Positions 13,885-25,700 of a stretch of 64,000 nucleotides of DNA are shown piece by piece. The stretch comes from Vicugna vicugna (taxonomy: Eukaryota). The translations under genes and the position numbers were made by a program. The stretch spans positions 558,001 to 622,000 of the forward strand of contig MU058289.1 in NCBI GenBank assembly GCA_013265495.1, in the 5' to 3' direction. The notes beneath the pieces were generated by a model. That model had not been told where the DNA came from, searched no databases, and worked only from the letters and a program-made list of their open reading frames with translations. Each line of letters opens with the position of its first letter. The stretch's first letter is position 1.

Positions 13885-14185
13885 TGTTGGACCAATCAGG
13901 AGTTCAAGCTGGGAAGAACAACAGAAAGGGCAAATAACTGTAACCCAGACCCCTTATTCATTGACTCAATTGAGAGGGCAGGAAGAAAGGGGATTGGCTA
14001 GGTAACACCCCTTACATACACTGAACCAATCAGAAGCCAGGTCTGGGCACATGAGACACGCCTATATGGGAGCAGCCAGTCATAATGAAGTGGTGGTCAG
14101 TAGAGAAACCACACCCAGTGACTGAAATCCCCAAGACTACTTCAGGGACTGAGAGGCAAAGGGAAGTCCTAGGGACATCAACTAG
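13885..14185 (+). promoter_or_regulatory. CCAAT-rich promoter and putative non-coding exon 1 of the unnamed dispanin gene
   Basis: CCAAT/ATTGG near 13892, 13993 and 14026; CACCC box near 14110; candidate donor ag|gtttgt at 14185/14186; the block is conserved in a paralogous copy at 18525-18840. Confidence 0.55.
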
Positions 14186-14555
14186 GTTTGTGATGGGTTA
14201 TTAGAAAAGGATGGGGGAGTTTAAGTGTGTCTATGTGGAATAGGTAGGGAGAATTTAGAGGAAGAGAGCAGTTAGGGGGTGAGGGAAACATAGATGGGGT
14301 AATGGGGGTGGTTAGGAGAGGACAGAGGAGGGTTGAATTGTCTTATAGGGCCATCAAGGCTGTTAAGTAGGAACATGGAGGTGTGGTGGGTTCTGGCTTG
14401 GGGTAGTGTCCCCTGGTTTGGGGCAGTGTCCGTTTTAAGTGCCTTTCTAGGTAGAGGGGTTGTTTAAGGAGGTCCTCGTTTCTTGGGAACTCAAATGTTC
14501 CCTCTCTGGGTCCCATTTCCCCTGTCTGCAGATTGCCCTCCTCAAGCCAAGGTCC

Positions 14556-15287
14556 ATGGCTACTGGGACTGATCCCAGGGACCTAGAGTCCAAGGTTGCT
14601 CCAGTGCAACAGGTTATCCCAATGCAGAACATCTACCCAATGCAGCCAGTCATCCTGATGTCCTTGGATCCCCCAGAAAAGGATTATTTGGTTCTCGCCG
14701 TCATTTCCATCTTCTTCTTCATTCTGCTGGCAATACCAGCCCTCTTGTTCTCCATTAAGGTGGGCACCACCCAGCTACCACCAACTCCCATTTTCCCCAC
14801 CTCCACCTCCTCTGTCCCATCCCACCTCCCTACTCTCCCCGGGTCCTTCTCTTTTTCCTCCTGGGGGATTTACTCCCTCCCTCTTCACCATCTTGCTGCC
14901 CTTGCTTCTCCCCAGGACCCCCACACCTCGTTCCTCCTCCTCCTGTGTTCTACCCACATCCACATGCCCTCATCCTGGCTCCCTTCTTCCTTCCTTTTTC
15001 CCCTGAGGGGCTGAACCTTGCCCTTAGCTCCCTCACACTGCTATTCCTATCTTGCACTCTCTACCTCTTCCCAGGGATGCCCCTCCTCCACCTCCCTCCT
15101 CCTTGGAAATACTTCCACCAGCTTGCCTTCATCCCCACAGACCCGTGAAGCCAACCTCCTTGGGAATCAGAGGAAAGCACGGATAAATTCCAGACTGGCC
15201 TTGGGCTTCAGTATCTCAAGCATCCTGGTGGGCTCCTCTGTGATCATTTGCTCCATTGTAGTCAGAGCCTTGAAGCAGAAAGTATGA
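14556..15287 (+). CDS. Unnamed CD225/dispanin-family (PMIS2-like) membrane protein, 116 aa, 2 coding exons
   Basis: Exons 14556-14759 (tcc[72 protein letters not shown]) and 15141-15287 ([48 protein letters not shown]); GT at 14760, polypyrimidine plus cag at 15138-15140; upstream acceptor ctgcag ending at 14531; same intron position and phase as PMIS2. Confidence 0.8.
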
Positions 15288-15682
15288 GATCATCTTGAAA
15301 GCTCACTTCCCTCAGAGAGTGATGGACTGTACCTCCTGGGTCCTCTTGGAGCCTTTGAACTTGAACATCAGTAACTTACCTGTACTGGGGGAAGTCTCCG
15401 CTCCATCAGATTTTTAAGTGCAACGGAGTCTATGAGGAAGTTTCTGCTTTCTATCATCTACTGTATGTATGTGTATGTGCACACGTGTTCACATGCCCCT
15501 GTGTATCCACTACACTGAGTACCATGGGGCTTATTCATATATTCAGTGAACATTTATTGGGCAACCATTCTACTGTGCTAGTGATTCAGATAGATGAGGT
15601 ATTTGCCTCCATAAAGTTACACTCTATATTGAGAGGGCACAGGAAAAAGAGTAAAATATGAAGCAATAAGATAGTTATGGGT

Positions 15683-15893
15683 CAGTGTTCTCTAATAGAA
15701 CATTCAGCCAATGATAAAAATGCTCTAAATCCACTCTGTCCAATACGGTTCCCACTAGCCACATATGGCCGTATGCCATTCAAGAAATGTGGCTAGTGGA
15801 ACTGAAGAACTCAATTTTTATGTAAATTAATTATAACTAGTTTAAGTTAATTTTACCACATGTGGTTAGTGGCTACTGTCCTGGGCAGCACAG
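15683..15893. mobile_element. hAT-Charlie DNA transposon relic (MER3-like)
   Basis: cagtgttctctaatagaac...cactagccacatatggc...gtggctactgtcctgggcagcacag with internal inverted symmetry. Confidence 0.6.
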
Positions 15894-16745
15894 TTCGAGG
15901 TAGTGGTCAACATTATGAAAAAGAATAAAATTGGAGAAGCAGGAAAAGGACTTAATGACAGAGTGGTGAAGGGAAGCCCTCACTGGGGAGCTAATATCTG
16001 AGCTGTGGCCTGAAGTGAGAGAAAGGAAGAAAGCCACAGAAAAATCTGGAAGAGCGTTCTAAGCAGAATAGCAAGTGCAAAGTCTCTGAGGCAGGAAGGA
16101 ACCTGGCTTGTTCTGGGAGGAAAAAGAAGGCTTATGGGGCTGGAGTGTAGTGATGGGAGTGCTGCAAAGTAAGCTCAGAGGGTGGGCAGGAGGCAGATCA
16201 CAGAGAGCCTAGATAAAAGGTCACAGGAAGAAGGTTGGATTTTTAAATGTGAATTGAAACCATTGGAGGTATTAAACAGGGAGAACACAGGCTCTGGTTT
16301 CTGTTTTAAATAGATTGAGTTCCATGCCTAAATTGAATGTAGAAGATCTCTAAATAGGTTCTGGTACCAACTTCAACTTTGGGGGTGTGGTCTCTACACC
16401 AACAAGCAATTCTCAGACACCAACTGGCTGTCCTACAATTCAACTCAATTCTGATACTATCTATCTGGATGTCACATCAGCTTCCACAAGTTGAGGGCTC
16501 AGTCCTACAAGGCTGCCCTACTCCCGACCACTCCAGATGCCAGTTGCAAGCCTACGTTGTTACCTGGGCTTCTGACCAATCAGCCACAGATTAAAACCAC
16601 AATGGGCTACCACTGTATACTCAAAGAACAGCTAAATTTGATGTCAACAAGTTTTGACAGGAATGTAGGAATCCATCTGTATTCATTATTTGCAAATAAC
16701 AGAGAAGAAAACCCATTCTTTGACAGAACAAAAAGCACAGGGTAG

Positions 16746-17081
16746 TGTTGACCTGAAACAAATAGACTGCCAGATATTTCTCCAGCAAAGATAGGTTTAT
16801 TCAGGGTCAGTAGAGAATTGCAGTTGGGGTCTGCAACCATGGTGAGGCATGTGCAAGTTCCCAAAATGCAAGGGAAGGGTAATGCTTTTATAGAGGAGAA
16901 AAGGAAGTTGAGAAGGCAATAGTAAACAAAGAGCCCGTGGCTTTTCATTGATTAAGTCCTTGCCAGGAAAGAGGAGTCTGCTCTTCCCGTTGGGCTCCGC
17001 TATTGACACAGGGCATAAGAGCGCCCCCTTCTGGTCTCTCAGCTCTATTGAATTGAGGTTTCTTTTTATCGATCTTTTACA
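16746..17081 (-). mobile_element. ERV solo LTR, 336 bp (4-bp TSD, ERV1-like)
   Basis: TG...CA ends with GTAG target-site duplication (16742-16745 and 17082-17085); minus-strand TATAAAA near 16885 and AATAAA at 16796-16801 in the expected order. Confidence 0.75.
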
Positions 17082-18524
17082 GTAGGCAGGTTCCAGACAC
17101 ATGCACCAGGCACAAGCACCTAGCTGTTTTCAGCTTTTCTCCTAGTCTTGTCCTTATGTCTGATTTTGTGGACAAAGCAGACGTTAGACTGTAATCCAAG
17201 GGAATTTCACCAGTTGAGTAAGCCCCTGGAGGGAGCGTGAGGCGGCGCAGAGCTCTTGCAGTTCACTTCTACTTGTTGACACTCCACCAAGCAATGGGTC
17301 TGCTCAGGGTTGTACGTCAAACCCTTAGTGAGATGGAGCACTGGGAATGATGGTCTCCCTGGGATGTAGCCCACTGGCCAAGAGCCACATGACCACCAGC
17401 CATGGGATCCACCAGGCAAGAAGTACACCAGCCAAGGAACCCTCTGCCGTGGAAGGGGTTCTCAGTCTTAACAGCCTATGTTGGTGATTTCGCTGGTACA
17501 AGGTGAGAACTGTTGGGCAGCATGATTTCTGCCTGTACCACCCCTGCCCCTTCCAACTTCCATGCTTCGAGAGACTGAGGAGGGTGACTGCCTGACATGT
17601 GAAGGGCATTGATGAGTCCATCATCTTGGGAGACAGACGTACATGCACAGACAGATAGAGACATACTCAGATCCCACATGGCTTGTTCCTGGCTGACGTT
17701 TCCCAGGGACTTCTCTATGCCAGATGCACCCCCTTCCATGCCCAAATCCCACCACAGCCAATGGACCCAGGGGTCAGGGCCCTGCCCCATTCCTTCTAAG
17801 AATGGAACTGTCAGGCTCTGTCCTCAGGCAAGGCAGAAATCTTCTGCCTTCCACTCTCCATTCTGCGTAGGGCACCTGGAGCAAGTCCACAACTTAAATC
17901 AGATTCTGTCCCTCCCTGGCTTAAACCCTCCCTGTTCCTGTGGCTCTTGGCCTCAAACCCAGATACCTCCCCCAGGTGTCCAGCTCTCTCCTCCTGCCTC
18001 TCCACACTCTAGCTGCACAGTACTTGTTTCTGGAACACATGACTCTCCTTTCCACCTCAGGACCTTTGCACTTGCACCCAACCCCCGCCTGGAACTGCCC
18101 AGATCTTCTCATGGCTGGCCCCTCATCCAAGGTCTCAGCTTGGATGTCCTCTCCCTAGACAGACCTCCCCTGACCCCCTCACTCCCCACCTCATCTCATG
18201 TCACCCTTCTGGTTCCCTCTCCCTTGTGTCCTAGTTACTCCCCATAGTCTTGGATCCTTTCTGAAATCACTTGTTTATTTATTTAGGTTTTCACCCTCCC
18301 TTTCCCCATCATACCCATGGACTGTGAACTCGAAGAGGGCTCTGATTTTGTCTCTCTTGGTTGTTACTTGGCCCTCAAGAGCTGAGCACTGCCTGGTGGA
18401 CTGTAGGCTCCCACTACTTTCATGTTAAAACAAAAAATTACATCCTGCTCTTTGCACTTATGGAACCTATCAGAGAATCAGTCCAGAATTTACCAGCCTG
18501 TACTTGAGGCCTGCCCACTTCATT

Positions 18525-20240
18525 CACTGAACCAATCATGAGTTCAAACTGGGACCGACAATAACAAAAAGGCAAGTAGCTGAAACCGCACCTCTTTATT
18601 CATTGAATCAGTCATGAGGACAGGCAGAGATTGGGGAGGATGTGTTTAAGTAATGCCTCCTTAATACATTGAACCAATTGGAAACTGGGTCTAAATGCTT
18701 GAAACACTGCCCTCCCTGCCTCCTCCGTGTCAGAGCAGCCAGTCACTGAAGCGGTCACCAACAGGGGCCACGCCCCTGTGACTCAACTCCAGGGCAGCCC
18801 CAGGGTTAGGATGCGAGGACAGCTGTGGCATTAACTGGGTTTGTGGATGGTGAAATAGTGGGAAGTTTGAGGGGACAGAGAGGGGCTCAGGAGAGGACAG
18901 CCAGAGCTAAAAATGGGATAGACAGGGGGCTAATGGATGTCTGGGTGTCCAGGAGGGAATTGTAGGGTCCCAGGAAAGTGGTTTGGGGGGAAGGATGGCA
19001 AGGAGGCTGGAGGTTAGGAGGGACTCAGAAAAAGTTATGGGAGACAAAGAGAAGGTTACACGGGAAAAGGAGAGGGCATGTGGATAGGGAGGCTCTTGTG
19101 GGACAGGGAGATGGTTAGGAAAGGACCAGGAGGAGGTTATGGGGCCTCGGGAAGGGGCTGTGGGGGAGACGGGGAGGGATTTATATGAAGAAATGGAAGG
19201 GCTTATAGGGTCAGGGCACATCTAGGACAGAGGAGGAGTTACAGGAGGGGGTCCTAGGGATCAAGAGTTATGGGGAACAGGGAGTTGTAGCAGGCAGGAA
19301 AAGGTTATGGGAAGAGGGATGGGTAATGGGGCAGGGAGCTGTTAGGATGGTGTTACAGAACCTGGGAGAGGGGGAAGCGGGACTAGGACAGAGTTACAGG
19401 ATGGGGAATATGAGGCACAGATTGCAGAAAGGATTACAGAAGTGACAAAGAAGGTTACAGGGCTGCAGAGTCAGTAACGTCTAAAACAGTGGTTCTTAAA
19501 GCGTGGTCCCCAGCCTGCAGCAGCAGCTTCCCCTGGGAACTTGTTAGAAATGTGCGTTCTTGAGCCCTGCCCCAGACTGTGGAACCAGCAACTCTGCGGA
19601 TGGGGTTCAGCTATCAGTTTTCATCCAGGTGACTCTGTTGTATGCTCAAGTTTGAGCATCACTGGGCTAAAGTGACCATTTAATGTAACATCCAAACTGA
19701 GCACTTTTTAGACTGAAAGGGGCGCCTTCAATAATTTGGTAGGACCAGGCTTAGCTAACCGGACAGCACAGGCAAATCAGGATGTAGCACATTATTGGAG
19801 AGCAGGGATGGGTTTAGGGAGCCAGAAGAAGCATGCAGTTTCTAAGTTACTTGGAGGGTATTGTAAGGCCAGCGAGGGTGTTATATGGAGTCACTGGGAT
19901 GTCATAGGGTCTGTTTTCCCATGGCGGTGGCCAGGGTCATTGTGGGGTGAGCCCTCACCTCAGCGCCCTCCTGTTGGTGGGTTTAGTTCTATGCGTCCCC
20001 GTTACTCAGCATCTGCTGACCATCCTCGGTCCATCTGCAGACCCCATCCCCTCTGCTGGAGTCCGTGGCTGCTGTGGCCTACGTCTGGGCCCCAGAGTTC
20101 AAGATCACTGTGATGCAACCCATCTCTAAGACAGCCTTCAACATTCTTGTAAAGGGCTACATGCTGCTCTCTATTTTGTTCAGTTTTCTGCTTCTTCCTA
20201 CTGGGAATACCTGCCATCGTGTTCTCCTGCTTGGGGGGTG
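18525..20240 (+). pseudogene. Unprocessed pseudogene duplicate of the unnamed dispanin gene
   Basis: Promoter/exon-1 copy 18525-18838; acceptor ctgcag 20035-20040; gtccGTGgct (20065) in place of gtccATGgct; EFKITVMQ...KGYMLLSI, then a +1 frameshift into FFLLGIPAIVFS; no second coding exon found. Confidence 0.75.
19487..19664. mobile_element. MER5A-like hAT DNA transposon relic
   Basis: cagtggttcttaaagcgtggtcccc...gggaacttgttagaaatg...caagtttgagcatcactg with inverted termini. Confidence 0.7.
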
Positions 20241-20527
20241 GGGATTAACCATAGTCCTCCCTCTGTGGAACCCCCCAACACCTGCCCCCTTTCCCCTTCT
20301 GCAGGTGCCCTAGGACCCACCCCCTGCCCAGCTCCCGCTCCTTTCTAGTTACTAGCCCCGCCCGTTCTCCATCCCACTCTCCCTCCACCAACACTCTGAG
20401 AGCGATACATACGATGCCTTCTGTGTGATTGTGTATGTGTTTGTGTGGTTGGGTTATGCCCTGTGTACTAACAGCTCCTATAAAAATCCTTGCAAGGGAA
20501 CAACAACAACAACAAAAACTATCTTCT

Positions 20528-20743
20528 TTCTTTTTCCAGTTTTATTGAGGTAAAATTGACAAATAAAATTGTAAGGTATTTAAAGGGTACAGTGTGATGA
20601 TTTGCTGTGCACAGCATTATGAAAGGATTTCTCCATTCATCACCTCACATATTTATTTACATTTTTTTGTGTGTATGTGAGAATATTTATGTTCGACTCT
20701 CTTACCAAATTTCAGTTATACGATATAGTATTATCAACTAGGG
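20528..20743 (-). mobile_element. Short 5'-truncated L1 3' end
   Basis: Antisense L1 tail (ttttattgaggtaaaattgaca...) flanked by direct repeat actatcttct (20518-20527 and 20744-20753). Confidence 0.65.
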
Positions 20744-21051
20744 ACTATCTTCTAATCAGAAATAATTGAAACCAGAAGACAATAGAATGACATTTTCAAA
20801 GTACTGAAAAAGAGCTGTTCCCCTCTCCTGCTCCTGATTGGCTGGAAAACCAAGGGGGAGGAGCCTAGGAATTCATCCTAGCCAGCTGCTGGTCCAGCCC
20901 CATCATCATTTTGCCCTCCTTTCATGATTGGCTGACATCCACAGGGGGTGTGTCCTGGACAGTTTCAACCATCCCCTCTGTCTTTCTGTATCAATTGGCT
21001 GACAGGCATACTGGCTTCCTTTTCTGATTAGGTTGGTCCAGTCCCACTTCT

Positions 21052-21183
21052 GTTTTTTTTGAGGGGGATAATTAGGTTTATTTATTTATTAAGTTAATTT
21101 ATTTAATGGAGGTACTGAGGATTGAACCTAGGGCCTTGCACATGCTAAGCACACACTCTACCACTGAGCTATACTTTCCCCCT
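21052..21183 (-). mobile_element. tRNA-derived SINE (camelid Vic-1-like)
   Basis: Reverse complement gtatagctcagtggtagagtgtgtgcttagcatgtgcaaggccctaggttcaatcctcagtacctcc plus A-rich tail. Confidence 0.8.
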
Positions 21184-22611
21184 CCACCCCACCAACCTGT
21201 CTTACTTCTTGGTTCTCCTTTTCTAATAGGCTGGAAGTTGGAAAAAGCTGTGACCAAAGACGTCCCATCTCCTTACCAACCACCAACCCCCTTCCCAAAT
21301 GTTGCCTCCCAGATTGGACGACTGGATCAGGAGACCTGTATCCCTCATCCCTGGCTTTTGAACCCCATTCTGAGCTTTGCATATGTCTCCATCCAAGAAT
21401 ACCTTTTCTAACCTCAATTTTCTCAAGCTTCCCTGCCAGGGATGGGGAGTGGGGAGTGGGGAGTTGGCCTGTCCTAATCATAAAATAACAACCCTTGAGA
21501 TGTCACAGTTTCTATAAAAAATATGTGTGATTTTGACCATGTGTCAACCATGGCTTCATTCAGCAAATAATGAACTATCAGCTGTGTACCAGGCTCCGTG
21601 CTGGGCACTTGGGGCACTCAGACACACAAGACACTGCTCAACATGTGCTCCTTCATGAGGCTTCCTTTTTCTTTGCTTCCTGATCTCCCTACCCCACCCC
21701 CATGTCCTGATTCTCACGCCTCTAAGGCTGTGCTTTCATATTCTTTGATAGCGTGTCTCCCAGAGCTGTGCCCTGGCTCTGCCCTCCCCTCCTTGCTCTT
21801 CCTCCAACCCTTGCCAGAAGCTGTCTCACTTTCCATAGCCTCATTTTAAGTTTCTATACTAACAACACCCTCATCTTGGGTCCCAATGCCAGCCTCTCCC
21901 GTAAGCTCCAAGACCCAGTTGTCTCACCACCTCCCGGTCAAAAAGCTTGGCACATGGTAGATGCTCAATAAACGTTCCAGAAATTATTGAATGGAGGATG
22001 GTTTTAATGTGAGGCCTTTTTGTCAAATGGGGCCTGGTGTGATGTGGTGTATTTTCAGGTCTGTGAGGACTTTCCAGCCAGGCTGCCTGGGTTCAAGTCC
22101 TGGCTCTGCTACCGACTAGCTGTGTATCTCTGGCCAAGTCATTTAACCTCTCCATGCCTCAGTTTCTTCATAGTAAAATAGGAATAAGAACAGTACTTTC
22201 CTCGTAAGGCTGTTATGAAGAGGAAACAAGCTCACACATAGAAGCACTGAAGACAGGGCTGAGTGCAGTAAGTTCTCAGTGAGTGTCAGCTGTCATCGTG
22301 GGCTTCCTGTCATTGTGTCTATGTGTGTCTGTCCCTCTGTTTTAGGTTAGGGACATGTGTCTTTGGTGGACAAAGAACATCACCCGAAGGCAGGACCATG
22401 TGTCCATGTCAGTGTTTGTGGCTACAATGGCTGCTGCATGCTGTTGAGTGTCCCAAGGACTCTGAGGTTTATTCACCCAACAAAAGTTTGTGTGCTCGCT
22501 ATTTGCTATTCTAGGCACTAGGGATACATCAGTCAGAAAAAAAATCCAGGCAAAAAAGTCCTTGCCCTCATGAAGCTTACATCCTATCAGGGAATTCAGA
22601 AATACACAGGC

Positions 22612-22740
22612 AGGGGTCGAGGTAGAGCTCGGGGGTAGAGCTCAGCAATAGAGCGCATGCTCAGCACGTACACAATCCTGGGTTCAATCCCCAGTACCTC
22701 CGTTAAAAAAATTGAAAATGCTACACACTTAAAAAAAAAA
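22612..22740 (+). mobile_element. tRNA-derived SINE (camelid Vic-1-like)
   Basis: A/B-box head agctcagcaatagagcgcatgctcagcac...gggttcaatccccagtacctcc, poly(A), flanks agaaatacaca/agaaacacaca. Confidence 0.8.
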
Positions 22741-25700
22741 AGAAACACACAAGAAACCCAATAAATAAGAAAAATTGCATAGGTTAGAAAATGAGAAGTG
22801 CTATGGAGGGAGAAGTAGAGAAGGTAATGGAAGGGGAGAGGGTGGGAGGGAGACTGCGGGTTACAGTTTTAATTGGGTTAGTCAAGAAGGTCTCAGTAGG
22901 AAGACAACAGTTGTATAAAGACCCAACGGAGGGAGAGAGGGGGCCATGCATACATCTCGGGGAAGAGCATTCCAGGACGAGAAAACAACAAATGCAAAGG
23001 CCAGCAGGTAGGACTTGGGTCCTGCTGTCTGAGGCACAGTAGGGAGGCCAGTGTGGCTGGCACAGACCCAGCACGTGGAGGGAGGAGGAGGTGAGGTGAG
23101 GGTGGCGACAGGGCAGCTCCCTAGGGATTTGGGTCCTAATGTGAGGACTTGGCTTTTAGCGGAAGCTAAGTGAAGCCCCGGAGAGGGCTCTGAGCCAGAG
23201 GGCCCTGATCAGACTCAGGGAGGGGTTCATAGGCTCTCTCTGGCTGTGTGTGGGGAGCAGATTGTGAGGGCGGGGTTGGGAGCAGGGAGATGAGAATGAG
23301 GCTGCCGTGAGAAACCAGGCAGGAAGGGATGAAGGTTGAACCAGAGTGAGAGCAGAAAAGGGAGAGACAGTTGGAACTGGGATATGATTTTAAGATCCCA
23401 GGAGAGGAAGCCTAGCAAAGCCAGCCTGAGGACAGTGGACCTTTCCACATCTGGACAAAGGTGGAAGAGGAGTCAAACACAGGAGACTTGGCTGCCAGCT
23501 TCGCCGGGGGGGGGGGCGACTTTGCTCCTCACTTGTGGACCCACTGCCTGCTCTTCCGCCAGCTTGAAGAGGAGGGAGAAACCAGGTCCTTACTTGCAGG
23601 GCCTCTAGCTCCAATCTTCCTAGGGTCTGGATGTGGGGGTGCTGGTGGGGGAAGGGTGACCTGCCCAGGAAGAGAAGGGCATTGCTGAGTCCACTATCTT
23701 ATCAGAGAGACCAAACACATACAGAAAGTCAAGGTCACAATGAATTTTTTGACTCAGCAAACACTCCCTGAGGCCAACCTGGGCCAACTCTGGGATGGGT
23801 GATGCAGAGTACACAGTGGCTGGTGACTGGGACATCCTGGATCCTGTCGTCAGGAGTCTGGGGGTGGGAAATGAAGTGTCACCAAATAGCGACAGTCCGG
23901 AGTGGTCAGGCTTGTGAAGGAGGAATTACAGGTCAGAGTGGTCAGGGCTGAGACAGGGGTCTGTGGGATCCCAGGGGACGTACCTGACCCAGCCTGCTGG
24001 GTGGTCCAGGAAGATCTCCTGGAGGAAGGGATGTCTGCTCTGCAGCCGAGAAGATGAGGGGTAGTTGAATGTGGGGAGGATGTAGTGTGAGTGTTTCAGG
24101 CAGAGGTAACTTCATGGGCCAGGGTCTCCAAATGATAATTTTAACAGACATCCTCAAGCACAAAAAGGGCAAGTGGCACGTGGGGAGGAGGCAGCACAGC
24201 CAGGGGTCTGATCCCAGCAGGCCTGTAGGATGCTGAGTCCCTGAGAGTATGGGTGCTCATGATTCTAGGAACTCTTGTACAAATTCCCCTGAAAACCCAC
24301 TCGAATGTTCACCATCCAGTTAATCTGTCCTCTGCTCTCTCTTTCACAGGAAAGAAATTTTCAGTTCTGACCACTCACTTCTCTCTAAAAAGTCTTAGGG
24401 ATCCGAATGCCCCCAGCTCAGAGAAATCTAGCGCTACTGTGCTAAGTGGGTTGTGTCATGCTTGCAACCTTCTGGTGAGAAATCTTTGCCCCTAAGTCGT
24501 GCTGGGAGTTGCTCGTCCCCTCCCCGCATGGCAGTCCGCCCAGGCTCTGCTCCAGGTGCCAACATTGGTGCCCCTCCTGCTCTGTCCAGATCCTGCCTGT
24601 GGGCAACACCTCCCAGACAGGGTTAGGGTTGCTTGGACACACAGTGAAAAAATAAGCACACAAGCAAAGACCCCCACCCCCACCCCACAAAGACACAGAA
24701 CTTGAGTAGCATCTAAAGGCTGTGTCATCAGGAGGACTGGTAAAACTGTTGAACTGTCAACATGGCTGGGCACTGACACAGTGAGAATGGACCTGGCCAT
24801 GTGGCCGGAGCAGGGTCGTTGGGCTGGGTGTGGGAAGTCTGGGGACTCAGGTGGTGGCCATGTTTCCATTACTTGAATCACCAGTCCAGCTGAGCACCAG
24901 CCGTGGCTGTGACGGTGTTTTGAGCAGAAAATAAATGGATCGTAGGCTAGCCCTCTGGTCATTCCCTAAGCCTCTTGACAGTCACCAATGTCCACCCCAT
25001 TCCGGATCCCTTAAAGACTAAAAAATGAAGCCTGCCCTGACATGAGGCTCAGAGGAGGACACACATCACCGCTGTGCTCCTGCCAACAGGGCACAACCTG
25101 AATCCAGTCACGAGGACCCATCAGCAAACCCAAATAGAGGGAAACTACAAAATAGTGGATACTCTTCCGAAATGTCAAGGTCATGGAAGACAAGGAAAGA
25201 CGGGGGAAATGTCATAGATGGGAGGAGACCAAGAAGCCAGGACAACTAAATGTCAAGTGCGGTCCTGGATTGGATCCTGGACCAAGAAAAGGACATGAGA
25301 GGGGAAACTGGGGAAATTCAAATAGATCCTCTAGATCTGTTAATAATGTCATATCAATGTTAATTTCCTGAATTTGATCATTGGACTGTGGTTACGTAAG
25401 AGAGTGTCCTTATTCATAGGAGACACATGCCTAACCATTTAAGGGTAAACAAGCATCCTGTCTCCAACTTACTCTCAAATGATTCAGGCAAAACTTTAAA
25501 AAACCTATCTATCTATCTGCCTGTCTGTCTATCTATCTATCAAGCATAGATGTGGTAAAATCACTAAATTTAGGTGAAGGGTAGGCAGGTGTTCTTTTTT
25601 ACTATCCCCGTAACTTGTAGGTCTGAAATACTTAAAACATTGAAAATGAACACAAAACAATAAAACTAAGAAATGAGAAAAACAAGTGAGGCAGGGACTG

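Noticed and set aside
17609..18247. 212-aa plus-strand ORF
   Set aside because: Pro/Ser-rich translation of pyrimidine-rich, L2-like decayed sequence.
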